Of a stretch of DNA of 64,000 bases, positions 19,517 through 30,579 are shown piece by piece. Position 1 is the first letter of the stretch. Each line of letters starts with the position of its first letter. The stretch comes from a virus (lineage: Duplodnaviria; Caudoviricetes): positions 1-64,000 of IMG/VR virus record IMGVR_UViG_3300035498_000778; one strand, written 5' to 3'. The position numbers and the translations under genes were made by a program. The notes below the pieces were generated by a model. That model was not told the DNA's origin. It did no database searches and worked only from the letters and a program-made list of their open reading frames with translations.

Positions 19517-21844
19517 ATGGATAGTGAAGTAACGGTGAAAATTAAGGACAATGCTGTTTTTGCAGTAGTCTACAATGAACCCAATATTTATTCAGGAACT
19601 GTGGGTAGATTGAATTCAGGGACAACGGCCACTGCTACACAAAGAGAAGGTGAATTCATGTTAGTTAAAACGTCCGATTTAACTGGGTGGATAACCGCAT
19701 CTAAATGTGAAGCGGCTGATGGGCAAAATCTGGACTCTAGTACTAAAAATTATTTTTTTTCATCTAATACTAGCAAACCCCAATATTCAATAACAATTAA
19801 CACAACATCCATGAATCTACGTACAGGAGCCGGTGCATCGTTCTCTATTGTATCAACAAACCCAAAATATGTTAGTGAGGGTCAGACTGTATATGCTTAT
19901 AAAATAACAAATGATTGGGCACAAATCTCACATTCTGGTGAGAAAAGCGGCTATGCATATTTCAATACAAAGTCCAATGGTAAATTGATTTGTACTATAA
20001 CATCACTGGACAAAACAAGTACTGCTACTAAAACTACCACGACAACTAAAAGTAGTACCAGTAGTAGCGAAACGGATTCTATCGGTTCTGCTGTTCCAAA
20101 ATACAAAGGAACTGTAGTGACTACTTCTATAAATATTCGTACCGGTCCGGGTAAATCATATTCTTCATATGCATCATTGAATATGAGTCCAGCATATACA
20201 TATAAGGGAGAAGTTTGGGATGTGTATGAATTAATCGATAATAGCAAATGGGCTAAGGTATATGATTCTGTTAATAAAAGGTGGGCATATATTGCCACTA
20301 AACGTCTAATTGGTGTTCCGCCACAGGTAACGTATTTACAATTAACTGCAATAAACCAAAGTGAGAAAAAGACACTCGCTAATACGAGTACAGAATCCAC
20401 TACATCTAGCAGTCAAACTACCACGAAACCGACGACACCAAGTGAAAGTGCTAGTACTGGAGAATTGTCAAATAGTAATAAGTGGTTTGAATACTACGGA
20501 AATTCATCTGGAAAAGCTATCGAAGGATCATATGACAATGGTGCTAAATCGATAACTAATTTAACGCAATTAACTAAGACTACTAACTCCACATCTAGTA
20601 CACCATTACGTGATAGTATTACTAGCTCAGGATCTACAGCAGATTCTCAACAATATAAAGCTGATTTGGCAGCTATGGAATCATATAAAAAACTTATAAA
20701 TATACATGCGCCAAAGCTTGTACAAAACGATTATAACTTTCCAACTATCTCAGAAACTGGAGTAAATAATGGTAATAAGGTGTCTCCCTATACATATAAC
20801 TATGGTATGAATTACTATGATAGTGATTCTAATGGTGGTATTGGTAGCACATCTTCTGGAACTAGTACATTTGAAACTGTCATGCAGAGTTTACGAAAAA
20901 GTTTAAATATACCAACGACGACGTCGTATTATGATACATTTAAAAAACAAATAGATTATTATAATAGATTTAAGGTTCCCACATGGAATGATCAGTTGTC
21001 CAAGTCTTTTGGACATATATTTTTTGTAAAGCCTGATTTGAATATAAGTTCTAGTGGAAATAGCGGCAGTGCATATTTTACTGATGGTAAAGCCTCTCAA
21101 GATCTAGCTATCAGTGATATTGTAAAAACGAATCCGCTGTTACTAAATCAGCTTACTCAGGATGATGATGGCGAAGTGCATCGACTAGGTTTATACCTTT
21201 CTAATAAAGCCAGAACTATAGAAATATCTGATGAGGAACTAGATACTGCTGAGTACGGTGCTACTGCGACTGGTTTTAAAATGGGTTATGGTAGGCATAA
21301 CTTGAAGTCTAAGCAATTAGGAAAGGTAAATATAAATTATGTTGATGATAGAAACTTGAGTGTGTTCAAATTACATAAAGTTTGGCTAGATTATATATCT
21401 GGTTGCTATAGAGGTATATATACACCGAAAGATGATTATTTTTTAAATCATTCGCTTGATTACGCAGCTGCAATATATTACATATTGACTGCAGAAGATG
21501 GTGAGACAATTATTTTTTGGTCGAAATTTTATGGCGTGTATCCTTTGAATTTACCATCATCTACTTTCTCTAAGGGTGATGATAAAATAATTGATACACC
21601 GGAAATAAGCATTAGCTATAATTATACTATAAAAGAGGACTTAAATCCTATAGCACTTTCAGAGCTCAACTCTGAGAGTTCGATATTACAAAAATCTGAC
21701 GGTAATGATTATTACGTGAAGTCATATGATGCTTCTACCGGTACATCTCCGACATGGGTTGGTGTGCCATTTGTAGAAAAAGTTACGAATAGTAAAAGCG
21801 GTAATGGATTAACATATTATAAGTTGAGATTCAGGACTGTATAA
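19517..21844 (+). CDS. SH3b-domain + tail-tube-fold baseplate protein
   Basis: Three SH3b-like units (MNLRTGAG, INIRTGPGKSY), Ser/Thr linkers, C-terminal region similar to tube (FGHIFFVKP, YILTAEDGETIIFWSKFYGVYP); late promoter 19475-19486; start re-called. Confidence 0.7.
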   Translation: MDSEVTVKIKDNAVFAVVYNEPNIYSGTVGRLNSGTTATATQREGEFMLVKTSDLTGWITASKCEAADGQNLDSSTKNYFFSSNTSKPQYSITINTTSMNLRTGAGASFSIVSTNPKYVSEGQTVYAYKITNDWAQISHSGEKSGYAYFNTKSNGKLICTITSLDKTSTATKTTTTTKSSTSSSETDSIGSAVPKYKGTVVTTSINIRTGPGKSYSSYASLNMSPAYTYKGEVWDVYELIDNSKWAKVYDSVNKRWAYIATKRLIGVPPQVTYLQLTAINQSEKKTLANTSTESTTSSSQTTTKPTTPSESASTGELSNSNKWFEYYGNSSGKAIEGSYDNGAKSITNLTQLTKTTNSTSSTPLRDSITSSGSTADSQQYKADLAAMESYKKLINIHAPKLVQNDYNFPTISETGVNNGNKVSPYTYNYGMNYYDSDSNGGIGSTSSGTSTFETVMQSLRKSLNIPTTTSYYDTFKKQIDYYNRFKVPTWNDQLSKSFGHIFFVKPDLNISSSGNSGSAYFTDGKASQDLAISDIVKTNPLLLNQLTQDDDGEVHRLGLYLSNKARTIEISDEELDTAEYGATATGFKMGYGRHNLKSKQLGKVNINYVDDRNLSVFKLHKVWLDYISGCYRGIYTPKDDYFLNHSLDYAAAIYYILTAEDGETIIFWSKFYGVYPLNLPSSTFSKGDDKIIDTPEISISYNYTIKEDLNPIALSELNSESSILQKSDGNDYYVKSYDASTGTSPTWVGVPFVEKVTNSKSGNGLTYYKLRFRTV

Positions 21845-21876
21845 TTTATAAAATAAAAAATAATGAGGTGATATAA

Positions 21877-24800
21877 ATGTCAGATGATACCAAAGTTACG
21901 CGTGATTATATAGACGCGTTTTCATTTAAACAAGATGCAATAGATACTATCATGCCAAAATACTTTGGCGATGATACTAGTGATTTGAATGTTGGACTGA
22001 AAGGATATACTACTGAGTTAGTAGGCCATGTTGCTGAGGATTCATTTAATGCTATATCGACATTATTTGTTGAGCAGTTCCCTAATAGAGCACAGATACC
22101 TGAAAGTATTTATTCTCATGCGGCGATATTTCAATTATCGGATACATTTGCCACGGCTGCTGAATGCAAATTTTTGCTAATACTAGTAGAAGATGAGATA
22201 TTAAAATACGCAAAAGAAGAACCCGATACAGTTGATCAAAGTAAAGGTAATGTGGTGATTCATATAGGGGGAAATACCCAGATATCTGTAGAAGATAAAA
22301 TATTTACTATAGATTACCCCATAGAAATACAGGGTCGTTGGTTTAAGAATACATATGTCTATACTGCTGACTATGTGATAGATACTGACGCTAAAAATAG
22401 TATCAGCTCAATTAATAGTCCGCATATCCGTATCAGAAAAACCAATATTGGATATATCGGATTAGAGGTAACGGCCCATCAAGTTGTGAAGACTGAGCAG
22501 GAAGAAACCATTATTAATAATACCTCAATAAATTATCCGATAATCAATGTTAAACATGATGACCAGCTAGCTGGTATGGATGTATTCTATAAAGCTCCAA
22601 AAGATACAGATTGGACTTTACTGGAGAAAAGGATAATCTATTCTACACCTGTTAAGACACCATTTTGTTATTACAGTAAGGTGGATAGTGATCAGGTTGA
22701 TATTCATTTCTCATCCAGAGATTTTTTCTTTCAACCAGAATTTAATTCTAAGATTAAAGTTGTGATTTATAGTACAGAAGGATCCGAGGGTAATTTTGAG
22801 ACATACACAGGTGATAATATAGCTGTAATATCCGATAATGAGACGTATAGTTATAATAGTAATATGACTATGGTTGCTATGGTTATGAGCTCTTCTCAAG
22901 GAGGCCTTGATGTTATCAGCATTGACGATTTGCAAGCGTTAACTGTAGAGGCATATTCGTCGGCTACTGAAATCAGCACAGATTATGATTTGGAGAGATA
23001 TTATTATAACTTCAAGCACAGATATAATAATGAAATTCTTGTATTGAAGAGACGCGACGATGCATCAGAAAGATTGTTTTCTGCGTTCCTTTTAATGAAG
23101 GCTAATAATTATATTTACAAGACTAACACTATAAAAATGCAGTGCTCAGAAAGTATGTTTGAAACTACATTGTATGAACGTGGTGCACCATATCAGAGTA
23201 CTGGTGAACTTGTTACTGATAAGCTCCTTCTCAAGAGTTTAGATGGTTCTAACAATACATCCAATACGTTCATGATTAAACCCGGATCGTTGTTTAAATA
23301 CGACAAGAATGATACTGAACGTGTAGTGCTCATGACAGGTGCTAATGATAACATATATTCATTGAAAGATAATGATATCTATGATCAAGAGTACTACTTC
23401 TGTACAGGAAAGAATTACTTGTTACCGAACGACTATGGTATGTATGACTATTATAACGGCAAAAGAGATACTAAGATTATCAAGAATCTTAGTAAAGATA
23501 AAATAAATTTTTTAATAGGCTGCGGTATTTTTAAGCAGTATAGTGATAAATATTACGATACAACCGATTTATATTGGAAAATTAATAGTAAGGGCAAGTA
23601 TGATTTGAATCATGTCTCTGGATCTATCACATACAGTAATATCATTACAGACGTGGATTATTCGACGATAATTGATTTTTATGAAGATGGTTGTGTAAAG
23701 AAGGATACGATTCTTGATTACAATTTCGTGTATACGAATCCGTTTCTAATCATATTTACTAAGAAACCTAACAACGTAGCATATTATTTAACTATGTGCA
23801 ATGAGAGTTATCCACTTGATTTTACATATGCCATATCTGATGCTGCTGTACCAAATTTTATAATGTCACAGTTGCGTGTTAGAAGGGACATGTACCCAAA
23901 AAATATTTATACTGTATACACGACAGTTGCGTGTTCGTTAGCAAGTGTCAGTGACAACGTAGAATCTACATTTAATACTGAGGAAAGTCTATTTACAACA
24001 GTTGGCAACGTTAGCACTATAGACGATAGGAATAATAGGGATTATGTAAGTAATAATAATTTAAGAGTCATCGCTACATTCGCCGTAAATGGTAAGGAAT
24101 CGTGTTTCATCGAATTATTCCCACTAAACTATACTGATGCTGACGAATCTACGGCAGTTGAACTTGCTGGACCTAATATAACTTTTGTAGGACATTTATT
24201 TACAGATGATATGATAATTGACGATAACCGTTTTCGTGTTTTGAATACAACCGTAACTACTATGAATTTAACTACGGAGTATGCTTATATTCCTACAGAA
24301 GATTGTATTGTTACCGTGTACACTTTATACAAAAAAGAAGGTGCAGTTAATAAATTCGCTGATTTTGAATCTACTCTAGAAGGATATGAGATAACTGATA
24401 TCTATAAGACCAACAGTGAACCTGCTACGTTCATTAAGCCGATGAATCTTATGAGGTCTACTATGACTATGAGTGTGGATGATACTGATGACTGTGTTTT
24501 TGATATAGCGTTGGTTCCACTAGTAAAACACACTCTTTTAAATAATGAAGATGAATTTGATACTTTTTTAACCACACTAGTTGATCAGTACAATTACTTG
24601 GAAGAATCCATGGATATACTCAGAAATAATACAGGTATTGATATAAAGTTTTATAATACGTATGGTAGGTCGAAGAACTTATTTATAGGTGATGATGAAG
24701 AATTAATCGATATGGTTAATATCTCAATAACGTTTGATGTTACTGCTGTTTATGGTACTAACACCGATGTATTGCTTACAAATTTAAAGACATTCATTAA

Positions 24801-25089
24801 GGAGTATATTGAGCAAATTAACACAGCGGGTAGGAATCATATCTATGTATCCAACCTTATGAGAGAGATAGAAAATAACTTTTCAGAAGTCCATCACTTG
24901 AAGTTTATAAGCATAAATAATTATGATTCCACATATCAATCAGTATTTAATAAAGTTGTGGATATCAATGATTTACCAAAAGAAGAGCGTCGTGATTATG
25001 TTCCTGAGATATTAGTCATTGAAGATGATACCATAAACATTTCAATGTACGTGGATAATACAGGTGTTGATGAAGATTCTGTAAGTTAA
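21877..25089 (+). CDS. baseplate wedge-like protein
   Basis: 1070 aa; RAQIPESIYSHA, FFQPEFNSKIKV..YSTEGSEGN and SQGGLD..SIDDL resemble T4 gp6-type wedge proteins. Confidence 0.65.
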   Translation: MSDDTKVTRDYIDAFSFKQDAIDTIMPKYFGDDTSDLNVGLKGYTTELVGHVAEDSFNAISTLFVEQFPNRAQIPESIYSHAAIFQLSDTFATAAECKFLLILVEDEILKYAKEEPDTVDQSKGNVVIHIGGNTQISVEDKIFTIDYPIEIQGRWFKNTYVYTADYVIDTDAKNSISSINSPHIRIRKTNIGYIGLEVTAHQVVKTEQEETIINNTSINYPIINVKHDDQLAGMDVFYKAPKDTDWTLLEKRIIYSTPVKTPFCYYSKVDSDQVDIHFSSRDFFFQPEFNSKIKVVIYSTEGSEGNFETYTGDNIAVISDNETYSYNSNMTMVAMVMSSSQGGLDVISIDDLQALTVEAYSSATEISTDYDLERYYYNFKHRYNNEILVLKRRDDASERLFSAFLLMKANNYIYKTNTIKMQCSESMFETTLYERGAPYQSTGELVTDKLLLKSLDGSNNTSNTFMIKPGSLFKYDKNDTERVVLMTGANDNIYSLKDNDIYDQEYYFCTGKNYLLPNDYGMYDYYNGKRDTKIIKNLSKDKINFLIGCGIFKQYSDKYYDTTDLYWKINSKGKYDLNHVSGSITYSNIITDVDYSTIIDFYEDGCVKKDTILDYNFVYTNPFLIIFTKKPNNVAYYLTMCNESYPLDFTYAISDAAVPNFIMSQLRVRRDMYPKNIYTVYTTVACSLASVSDNVESTFNTEESLFTTVGNVSTIDDRNNRDYVSNNNLRVIATFAVNGKESCFIELFPLNYTDADESTAVELAGPNITFVGHLFTDDMIIDDNRFRVLNTTVTTMNLTTEYAYIPTEDCIVTVYTLYKKEGAVNKFADFESTLEGYEITDIYKTNSEPATFIKPMNLMRSTMTMSVDDTDDCVFDIALVPLVKHTLLNNEDEFDTFLTTLVDQYNYLEESMDILRNNTGIDIKFYNTYGRSKNLFIGDDEELIDMVNISITFDVTAVYGTNTDVLLTNLKTFIKEYIEQINTAGRNHIYVSNLMREIENNFSEVHHLKFISINNYDSTYQSVFNKVVDINDLPKEERRDYVPEILVIEDDTINISMYVDNTGVDEDSVS

Positions 25090-25139
25090 CAAGAAAAAAG
25101 AGAGTCATTATGACTCTCTTTTGGATTCGTTCGTTACGA

Positions 25140-25586
25140 TTACCATATCAAACCTCTCATGAGGTTTTCGAACTCAGGATTGAAGTTACGAACACATATA
25201 CCCAACCCTTTAAGTTTATCGTGGGTAACAGCGATTGTTTCATCATATGTGTAGTTTTCATCTATCTCCAGATAAGCAAACTCACCTACCTCATCAGCTA
25301 TAGCTTCCATGAGTTCAACATCAGCTGCTTCACATACAGCGGATACAAGCTCGACAAACTCCTTGACATAATCTCCAGGAATGATGTACTCAGAAGTCGT
25401 ATTAAGCACAGGCTCACCGTACATATCTATACCCTCTGAGTTGAATCTCGCATATTTCTCTGCTAATAGTGGTATGATGTTGTGGCTTCTCATATAGTTA
25501 GAAACAGCATCCCATACAGATGTACCCTCTGCGATTACCTTGCCCTCTTCGTTGCGTATAACAACATTATTTTGTGTAACGATCAT
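25140..25586 (-). CDS. hypothetical early protein, paralog of 25731..26225
   Basis: Start re-called at ATG 25586 (GGAGGT SD); N-terminal half aligns with neighbour. Confidence 0.75.
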   Translation of the reverse strand: MIVTQNNVVIRNEEGKVIAEGTSVWDAVSNYMRSHNIIPLLAEKYARFNSEGIDMYGEPVLNTTSEYIIPGDYVKEFVELVSAVCEAADVELMEAIADEVGEFAYLEIDENYTYDETIAVTHDKLKGLGICVRNFNPEFENLMRGLIW

Positions 25587-25613
25587 ATTAATTACCTCCA
25601 TGATCTTTATTAT

Positions 25614-25658
25614 ACATCCTGAATGTAAGATATAGAACGGATGTTCGATTCTATATCT
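25614..25658 (-). promoter_or_regulatory. predicted H-type pseudoknot 5' leader (copy D)
   Basis: AGATATAGAA-tcga-ACATCC-g-TTCTATATCT-tacattca-GGATGT. Confidence 0.7.
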
Positions 25659-25730
25659 GAGTGAATATAAACGTAGCTACCGAGAAGCGTATAATTGCTC
25701 CTCGGTAACTTGGTGCTGAAAAACCAACCA

Positions 25731-26225
25731 CTACTTTGTCTTAGGATAGAATTTTGGGAATTCTTCAACAGTAGTTGTTGATAGAGCGCCTGGTTCTAGA
25801 GTCTTAGTGAGAGCTTTTACTAAGCGTGGCTCCAGTGGAACATAGTCAACACATAGACTCATTACTGAACCGTCAGGGTTATACCTCTCGGTGATAGTAA
25901 CAGTGAAGTACGTAATACCACTGAGTCCGTTGATGATAACTGGTGACTTTACGAATAGTCGTGCACCGGTTTTATCACACGCAAGTTCTATCAGTGACGA
26001 AAGGTCCTTCGCGATGTACCTATCAGGGATGAAGTACGTGGTTGTGTGCTCGTAGTCATAGTCTCTGAAGTAGTCGACAGCAAACCATGCATCGTCACCC
26101 ATTTTCACAGGAACGATACCGTTACGGTTGATGAAGTCTCCTATAGCTAGCCAGTAGTCATCACCCATACATACGATGTTGTCTTGGCCGTCCACAATTA
26201 CGAGCTGTTTCTTTGCTTCAAGCAT
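25731..26225 (-). CDS. hypothetical early protein (cargo of cassette copy C)
   Basis: Start re-called at ATG 26225 (AAGGAGGT SD). Confidence 0.75.
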   Translation of the reverse strand: MLEAKKQLVIVDGQDNIVCMGDDYWLAIGDFINRNGIVPVKMGDDAWFAVDYFRDYDYEHTTTYFIPDRYIAKDLSSLIELACDKTGARLFVKSPVIINGLSGITYFTVTITERYNPDGSVMSLCVDYVPLEPRLVKALTKTLEPGALSTTTVEEFPKFYPKTK

Positions 26226-26345
26226 GATTATACCTCCTTGGTATATGTATATGCACATCCTTATACTGGAACATAGAAACGATGTGCTAATATTAATTTC
26301 TATATTCACAATTATAATATATAATTAAATCTCAAGTTATTACGG
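26223..26345 (-). repeat. cassette copy C: bipartite early promoter + pseudoknot leader + RBS
   Basis: Near-identical to copies A/B from the promoter core through GATGTGC; CCGTAAT box retained, spacer diverged. Confidence 0.9.
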
Positions 26346-26408
26346 GTCTAATCTATATCAGAAACAATAACTTAAAATAATAATTTATAATGAAAGGTAA
26401 GTGATTTT

Positions 26409-27803
26409 ATGGGATATCTAGATGATATAAGTCAAGTTTTAAAGACTATAAAAAGAGCACCTGTAACGTCAGCAATGAATGATGTGGATGACGCTCTATC
26501 TCCATTAAAGCATAAAAGTATTACTAAAGGCGCAATGGATGGAACTATGCAGTTCCCTTGTTTAATCCCAGACTCTATTCCTATAGATATGGCTGCAACA
26601 ATTGCGCGTATGTTAGAACGTGTTTATGCAACATTTGTTCAAACATATTTATCTTTAAATAGTACGATTGATATTTCAGTTGATAAGAATGCAACTCAGT
26701 TTCTAAAGAAATTCCATCAAAACGTTAGGATGGAATTTGTTAACGATGTTACAGATGAAGATGAATATAGAGAATATATGGAAAGAGTCTATGATGGAAA
26801 AGCGAAGCTATTCGTCAATAACCAAATGAACAGAGCTATAGTTTTTAATATAACTGACGATAAGGCTGGAGCCATATACGAAAGTCATAAGAAGCAATTA
26901 ACTGAGTTCTTAGCAGGTATTGACTTTAGACCTATTCCAAACATCGGAAATTCACCATTTTACAATTATGTTAAGGAAGCAGACGATGCTGAAAGTTTTA
27001 CCCCTATGGATCTACTAAGAGCACAAGCTGCTGGTAGAGCTGCAGAAAGAGACGCTAATAACACGCAACTACATAACAATGCTATTGAAAGAGAAAGAAT
27101 AAAATCTGAACTTTCAAGGAAAAGAGAAGGTATGAGTACTCCTAGACTTGATGATAGAGATGTCAAAAAGTCTAATGATTTACAACCATATACTATGCAA
27201 GTTAGACTAATGGCTGTAAATGGTGAGCAAGAATTCGTTCAATTCATGGATTTTGTTGTCGGTGTTAAGGTAAACCTTCACGTGATTAATTCTGAAGAAA
27301 TGGCAGTTAATATCATAAATGCTATTTCCAATAATGGTTTCTTGGCGAACTTCTTTAAGTGGACTACTGGTGAGAAGTCTTTAGTTAAGGACTTACTATT
27401 AAATATCGATGCCACAAAGCTAGACGCTGCAAATAAATCTAGAGGCGCATCTCCTTGGTGGACAACACTAAAAAGAATGAAGGCTACGTCTAGACGTCAG
27501 CTAGCATTAATGCAGAGAAATGTGATAGTACCAACAGGAACTCTTGTTTTGTGCTCAACAGATGTTGATTATATAACTAAGAAAAGTGGTTATAATCTAA
27601 AAGACCCTAGAATAGCTATAAAACTAAGGGATGCTTTATATCTAATGAATATTATAATTGTGGATACTGGCACACGTACGTTAGAAGTTTTATATGATGG
27701 AACTACTTCATATCAGACCTTCGCCCTAGAGACGATTGAACGTGAAGTTGCTGCATCATCAAATAAGCTTGGTCGTGAGCTAACTAGAATGATAAGTAGA
27801 TAG
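26409..27803 (+). CDS. virion (head) structural protein
   Basis: 464 aa; first gene after late promoter 26363-26374; internal E-S/E-A sites. Confidence 0.65.
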   Translation: MGYLDDISQVLKTIKRAPVTSAMNDVDDALSPLKHKSITKGAMDGTMQFPCLIPDSIPIDMAATIARMLERVYATFVQTYLSLNSTIDISVDKNATQFLKKFHQNVRMEFVNDVTDEDEYREYMERVYDGKAKLFVNNQMNRAIVFNITDDKAGAIYESHKKQLTEFLAGIDFRPIPNIGNSPFYNYVKEADDAESFTPMDLLRAQAAGRAAERDANNTQLHNNAIERERIKSELSRKREGMSTPRLDDRDVKKSNDLQPYTMQVRLMAVNGEQEFVQFMDFVVGVKVNLHVINSEEMAVNIINAISNNGFLANFFKWTTGEKSLVKDLLLNIDATKLDAANKSRGASPWWTTLKRMKATSRRQLALMQRNVIVPTGTLVLCSTDVDYITKKSGYNLKDPRIAIKLRDALYLMNIIIVDTGTRTLEVLYDGTTSYQTFALETIEREVAASSNKLGRELTRMISR

Positions 27804-27815
27804 GAGGGATTTAAT

Positions 27816-28832
27816 ATGAGTTCAAATTATAAAAAGTATAAGGATTCGATAGCAATACTCTCAGAATCCGTGAGACCATCATTCCAAGAAATATCTAATA
27901 TTATAGCTGTATTAGAAGATGGTGAATCCCCAACAAATAACATGTACATTAGTAAATTATATGATTCAATAGATGCCAAATCTGCGATAGATTATGGTTC
28001 AATTCCAGAGTCTAAAGGAGATATTGATAAGTATGTTGGAACTCCCGGAATGCTAGAGAGTCTTAATACTATTATTAACCTTGGCCAGCAATCTAAGTCA
28101 AAGCTTGCTGTAAGTATGGCTCAAGAAGTTTTAACTACAATTGAGAATCTAAGAATCAACAGAGATTTATATCAGAGAGCGTATGTTGTTAATAATAACT
28201 ATGCTATTACTGAGTATAACGTATTAGTTTATACTTGTATGAATGCGACCTCAGCAATTATTGATGCATTCGTTGATTTTATTAAGAATCCTTCTAAACC
28301 TGAGGTCACTGTGTCTATTAAAGGCGGTAGAGATACTGCAGTGTCATATTATTATGACGTACTTAAGAGGTTCAACCTCGTATTCGCCGATACAAAGACG
28401 AGTCATAGAAAGTACCTAGAAGCATTGGTGCTAAAGGGTAGAGATAACTTTATAGGTAGTTCCACTGCAATAGGTGTAGCGACAGTTGCTGCAGCTGCTA
28501 TTGCTGTTGTTCCTATAACACGTGAACTTGTTTACCAATACTATAAGATAAAATCCAATTTATCTGATTGCTTTGCACAACAAGCTTATTTTCTTGAATT
28601 GAACAAGGCTGCCGTCGAAAACAATTCCACATTTACAGATAAGAAGAAAACTAAGGTTTTGAGCAATCAGGAAAAGACTAAGAATATGCTACTAAAGTTA
28701 TCATCTAAGCTACGTGTAGATCATATCAAGGCAACATCCGCATCTAAACAGATGCTAGATAGAGATAACAAGATGCTAACCTTAGATAATATACAGCAAG
28801 AAGTTAACGATTCTCCTCTACAGTTGTTTTAG
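27816..28832 (+). CDS. virion (head) structural protein
   Basis: 338 aa; ILSES site; same late operon. Confidence 0.65.
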   Translation: MSSNYKKYKDSIAILSESVRPSFQEISNIIAVLEDGESPTNNMYISKLYDSIDAKSAIDYGSIPESKGDIDKYVGTPGMLESLNTIINLGQQSKSKLAVSMAQEVLTTIENLRINRDLYQRAYVVNNNYAITEYNVLVYTCMNATSAIIDAFVDFIKNPSKPEVTVSIKGGRDTAVSYYYDVLKRFNLVFADTKTSHRKYLEALVLKGRDNFIGSSTAIGVATVAAAAIAVVPITRELVYQYYKIKSNLSDCFAQQAYFLELNKAAVENNSTFTDKKKTKVLSNQEKTKNMLLKLSSKLRVDHIKATSASKQMLDRDNKMLTLDNIQQEVNDSPLQLF

Positions 28833-28843
28833 GAGGTGTTAAT

Positions 28844-29542
28844 ATGGATTATATTTCAACAATTAAGAAGCTCATGGATGTGAAGAAAGAGAATGATCCA
28901 TTCAAGTATGGTGATCAACTCATGAGAAGTATCAATTATATTCGAGAGAGTGTGATACCATCATTCTTTTCTGACAACAGACATGAAATTAACAGGTTGT
29001 ACGATCTTTCAAAAACTGACTACACTTATAAGACAATGAAGAGATTTTCTGTTAACCCTGTAGCTTTTATGGAGAGTTATTTAGATTATGAGGATAGACT
29101 CGTAGAATTCACAGAGGCTACATATACTATGGAAAGTGGAGATGTTGCTATAGAGTCAGTACATGATAGATTAATTACTATTGAAGAAAGTACAAAACAG
29201 ATGCATGATAAGTGTCAAGCTGAGGCGTACTCAGAAAGAAAGTTCACTGATATTATGTCTGACGTTTTCACATTACTTGAGTATTGTGAGGGAAAATCTG
29301 ACGTTTATAACAGATATGAAAACATAATAAAATCTGTTAAAAACACCTCATTTTCTGGTACTGGTGAATATTTGGACGCACAGAAAGACTATGCTATGCA
29401 CGTATTAGAATCCACAGCTGGTATAATAGAGGATTCGCTAATATTATCATTTGATGCTTTCAAGACAGCACAGGAAATATCTTCTGTTAATAAGAGGGAT
29501 TATAAAAATGATAAGAAGAGACCTCAATATCAGCTATTTTAA
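28844..29542 (+). CDS. probable virion protein
   Basis: 232 aa; AGGAGG SD; several xxES sites. Confidence 0.65.
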   Translation: MDYISTIKKLMDVKKENDPFKYGDQLMRSINYIRESVIPSFFSDNRHEINRLYDLSKTDYTYKTMKRFSVNPVAFMESYLDYEDRLVEFTEATYTMESGDVAIESVHDRLITIEESTKQMHDKCQAEAYSERKFTDIMSDVFTLLEYCEGKSDVYNRYENIIKSVKNTSFSGTGEYLDAQKDYAMHVLESTAGIIEDSLILSFDAFKTAQEISSVNKRDYKNDKKRPQYQLF

Positions 29543-29559
29543 ATATGGAGGGACAATGC

Positions 29560-30474
29560 ATGGAATATTATTTATTTAAAAGTGACTTAGAAGTAGATCG
29601 ATTGTATTTGGAGTGTGTAAATACTTTTATTTATGAATCTGAAAATGATAATACCAAACAAGTAGATAGTGATAAGAAACAAGGTATAATCATGACATTA
29701 ATCGAAAAAATAAAAGAAATATTAGATAAGATAAAAGCATGGTTTATAAAGCCAAAGGATGGTAAAGTCAGTGAATATTCTAAAATTGAAGATGCTGTGC
29801 AAGAAAATCCTGAGCTAAAACGTGAAAATGTTGAAGTGGATAGTTCAGAACTTATAACCGATTCACCAAAGGCGGAAGTGAAGGATATAAAAAACATTTT
29901 ACAAAAAATCAAAAAAGGTCAATATACCGATGAAGAACTTGCTAAGATTGATAAAGTTAAGAAAACATCACTACGTGGTGGAGTAATAACGCTATCCGTT
30001 TTAGCAGCTATAACTACTATCAGAGAATTAAGATCTATGCTACCTTTATGTGATCAATTACTGAATGCATATAAAGGAGAAACAGTTGAGGTAAAAGTGG
30101 GTAATACGAATCTCAATACAGCACAATATTGTAAAGGTCTTTATAAGGTTGTTAGACGTGTATATGATTTGTCGTATAATTTAACACATGCTGTTTATGA
30201 AAAGGTAAGTTATGGTACTGAAAAAGGCAAAGAGGAATATAACAAATTAAATAACGTTGCAAGATCAAGAGTGAACAAAAAGATAGTAACTGATGTAAAA
30301 CAGCAGGTCGCACAGCTTAATGACAAGATTAAAGAGACCAGAGAACACCTTAGTAAATTGAAAAAAGAAGAGAAGACTGAAGCCACAAAGAATGAAATAG
30401 AAAAAGCTAAGAAAGAGTTAGCATCATTGGAATCTGAACATAAAAAGTTACAAGCACTGGTTAGGTTTAGATAA
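29560..30474 (+). CDS. inner-head paralog-family protein
   Basis: FIYES then KKQGIIMTLIEKIKEILDKIKAWF; start re-called. Confidence 0.7.
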   Translation: MEYYLFKSDLEVDRLYLECVNTFIYESENDNTKQVDSDKKQGIIMTLIEKIKEILDKIKAWFIKPKDGKVSEYSKIEDAVQENPELKRENVEVDSSELITDSPKAEVKDIKNILQKIKKGQYTDEELAKIDKVKKTSLRGGVITLSVLAAITTIRELRSMLPLCDQLLNAYKGETVEVKVGNTNLNTAQYCKGLYKVVRRVYDLSYNLTHAVYEKVSYGTEKGKEEYNKLNNVARSRVNKKIVTDVKQQVAQLNDKIKETREHLSKLKKEEKTEATKNEIEKAKKELASLESEHKKLQALVRFR

Positions 30475-30579
30475 TGATAATATGTAGAGAGTAAAACTCA
30501 TCGGTAGAATCTACCGATGAGTTTCCTTTTATAAACAGTATAATAATAAATTTTTTAAATATATTAAGGAGTTGATTAT

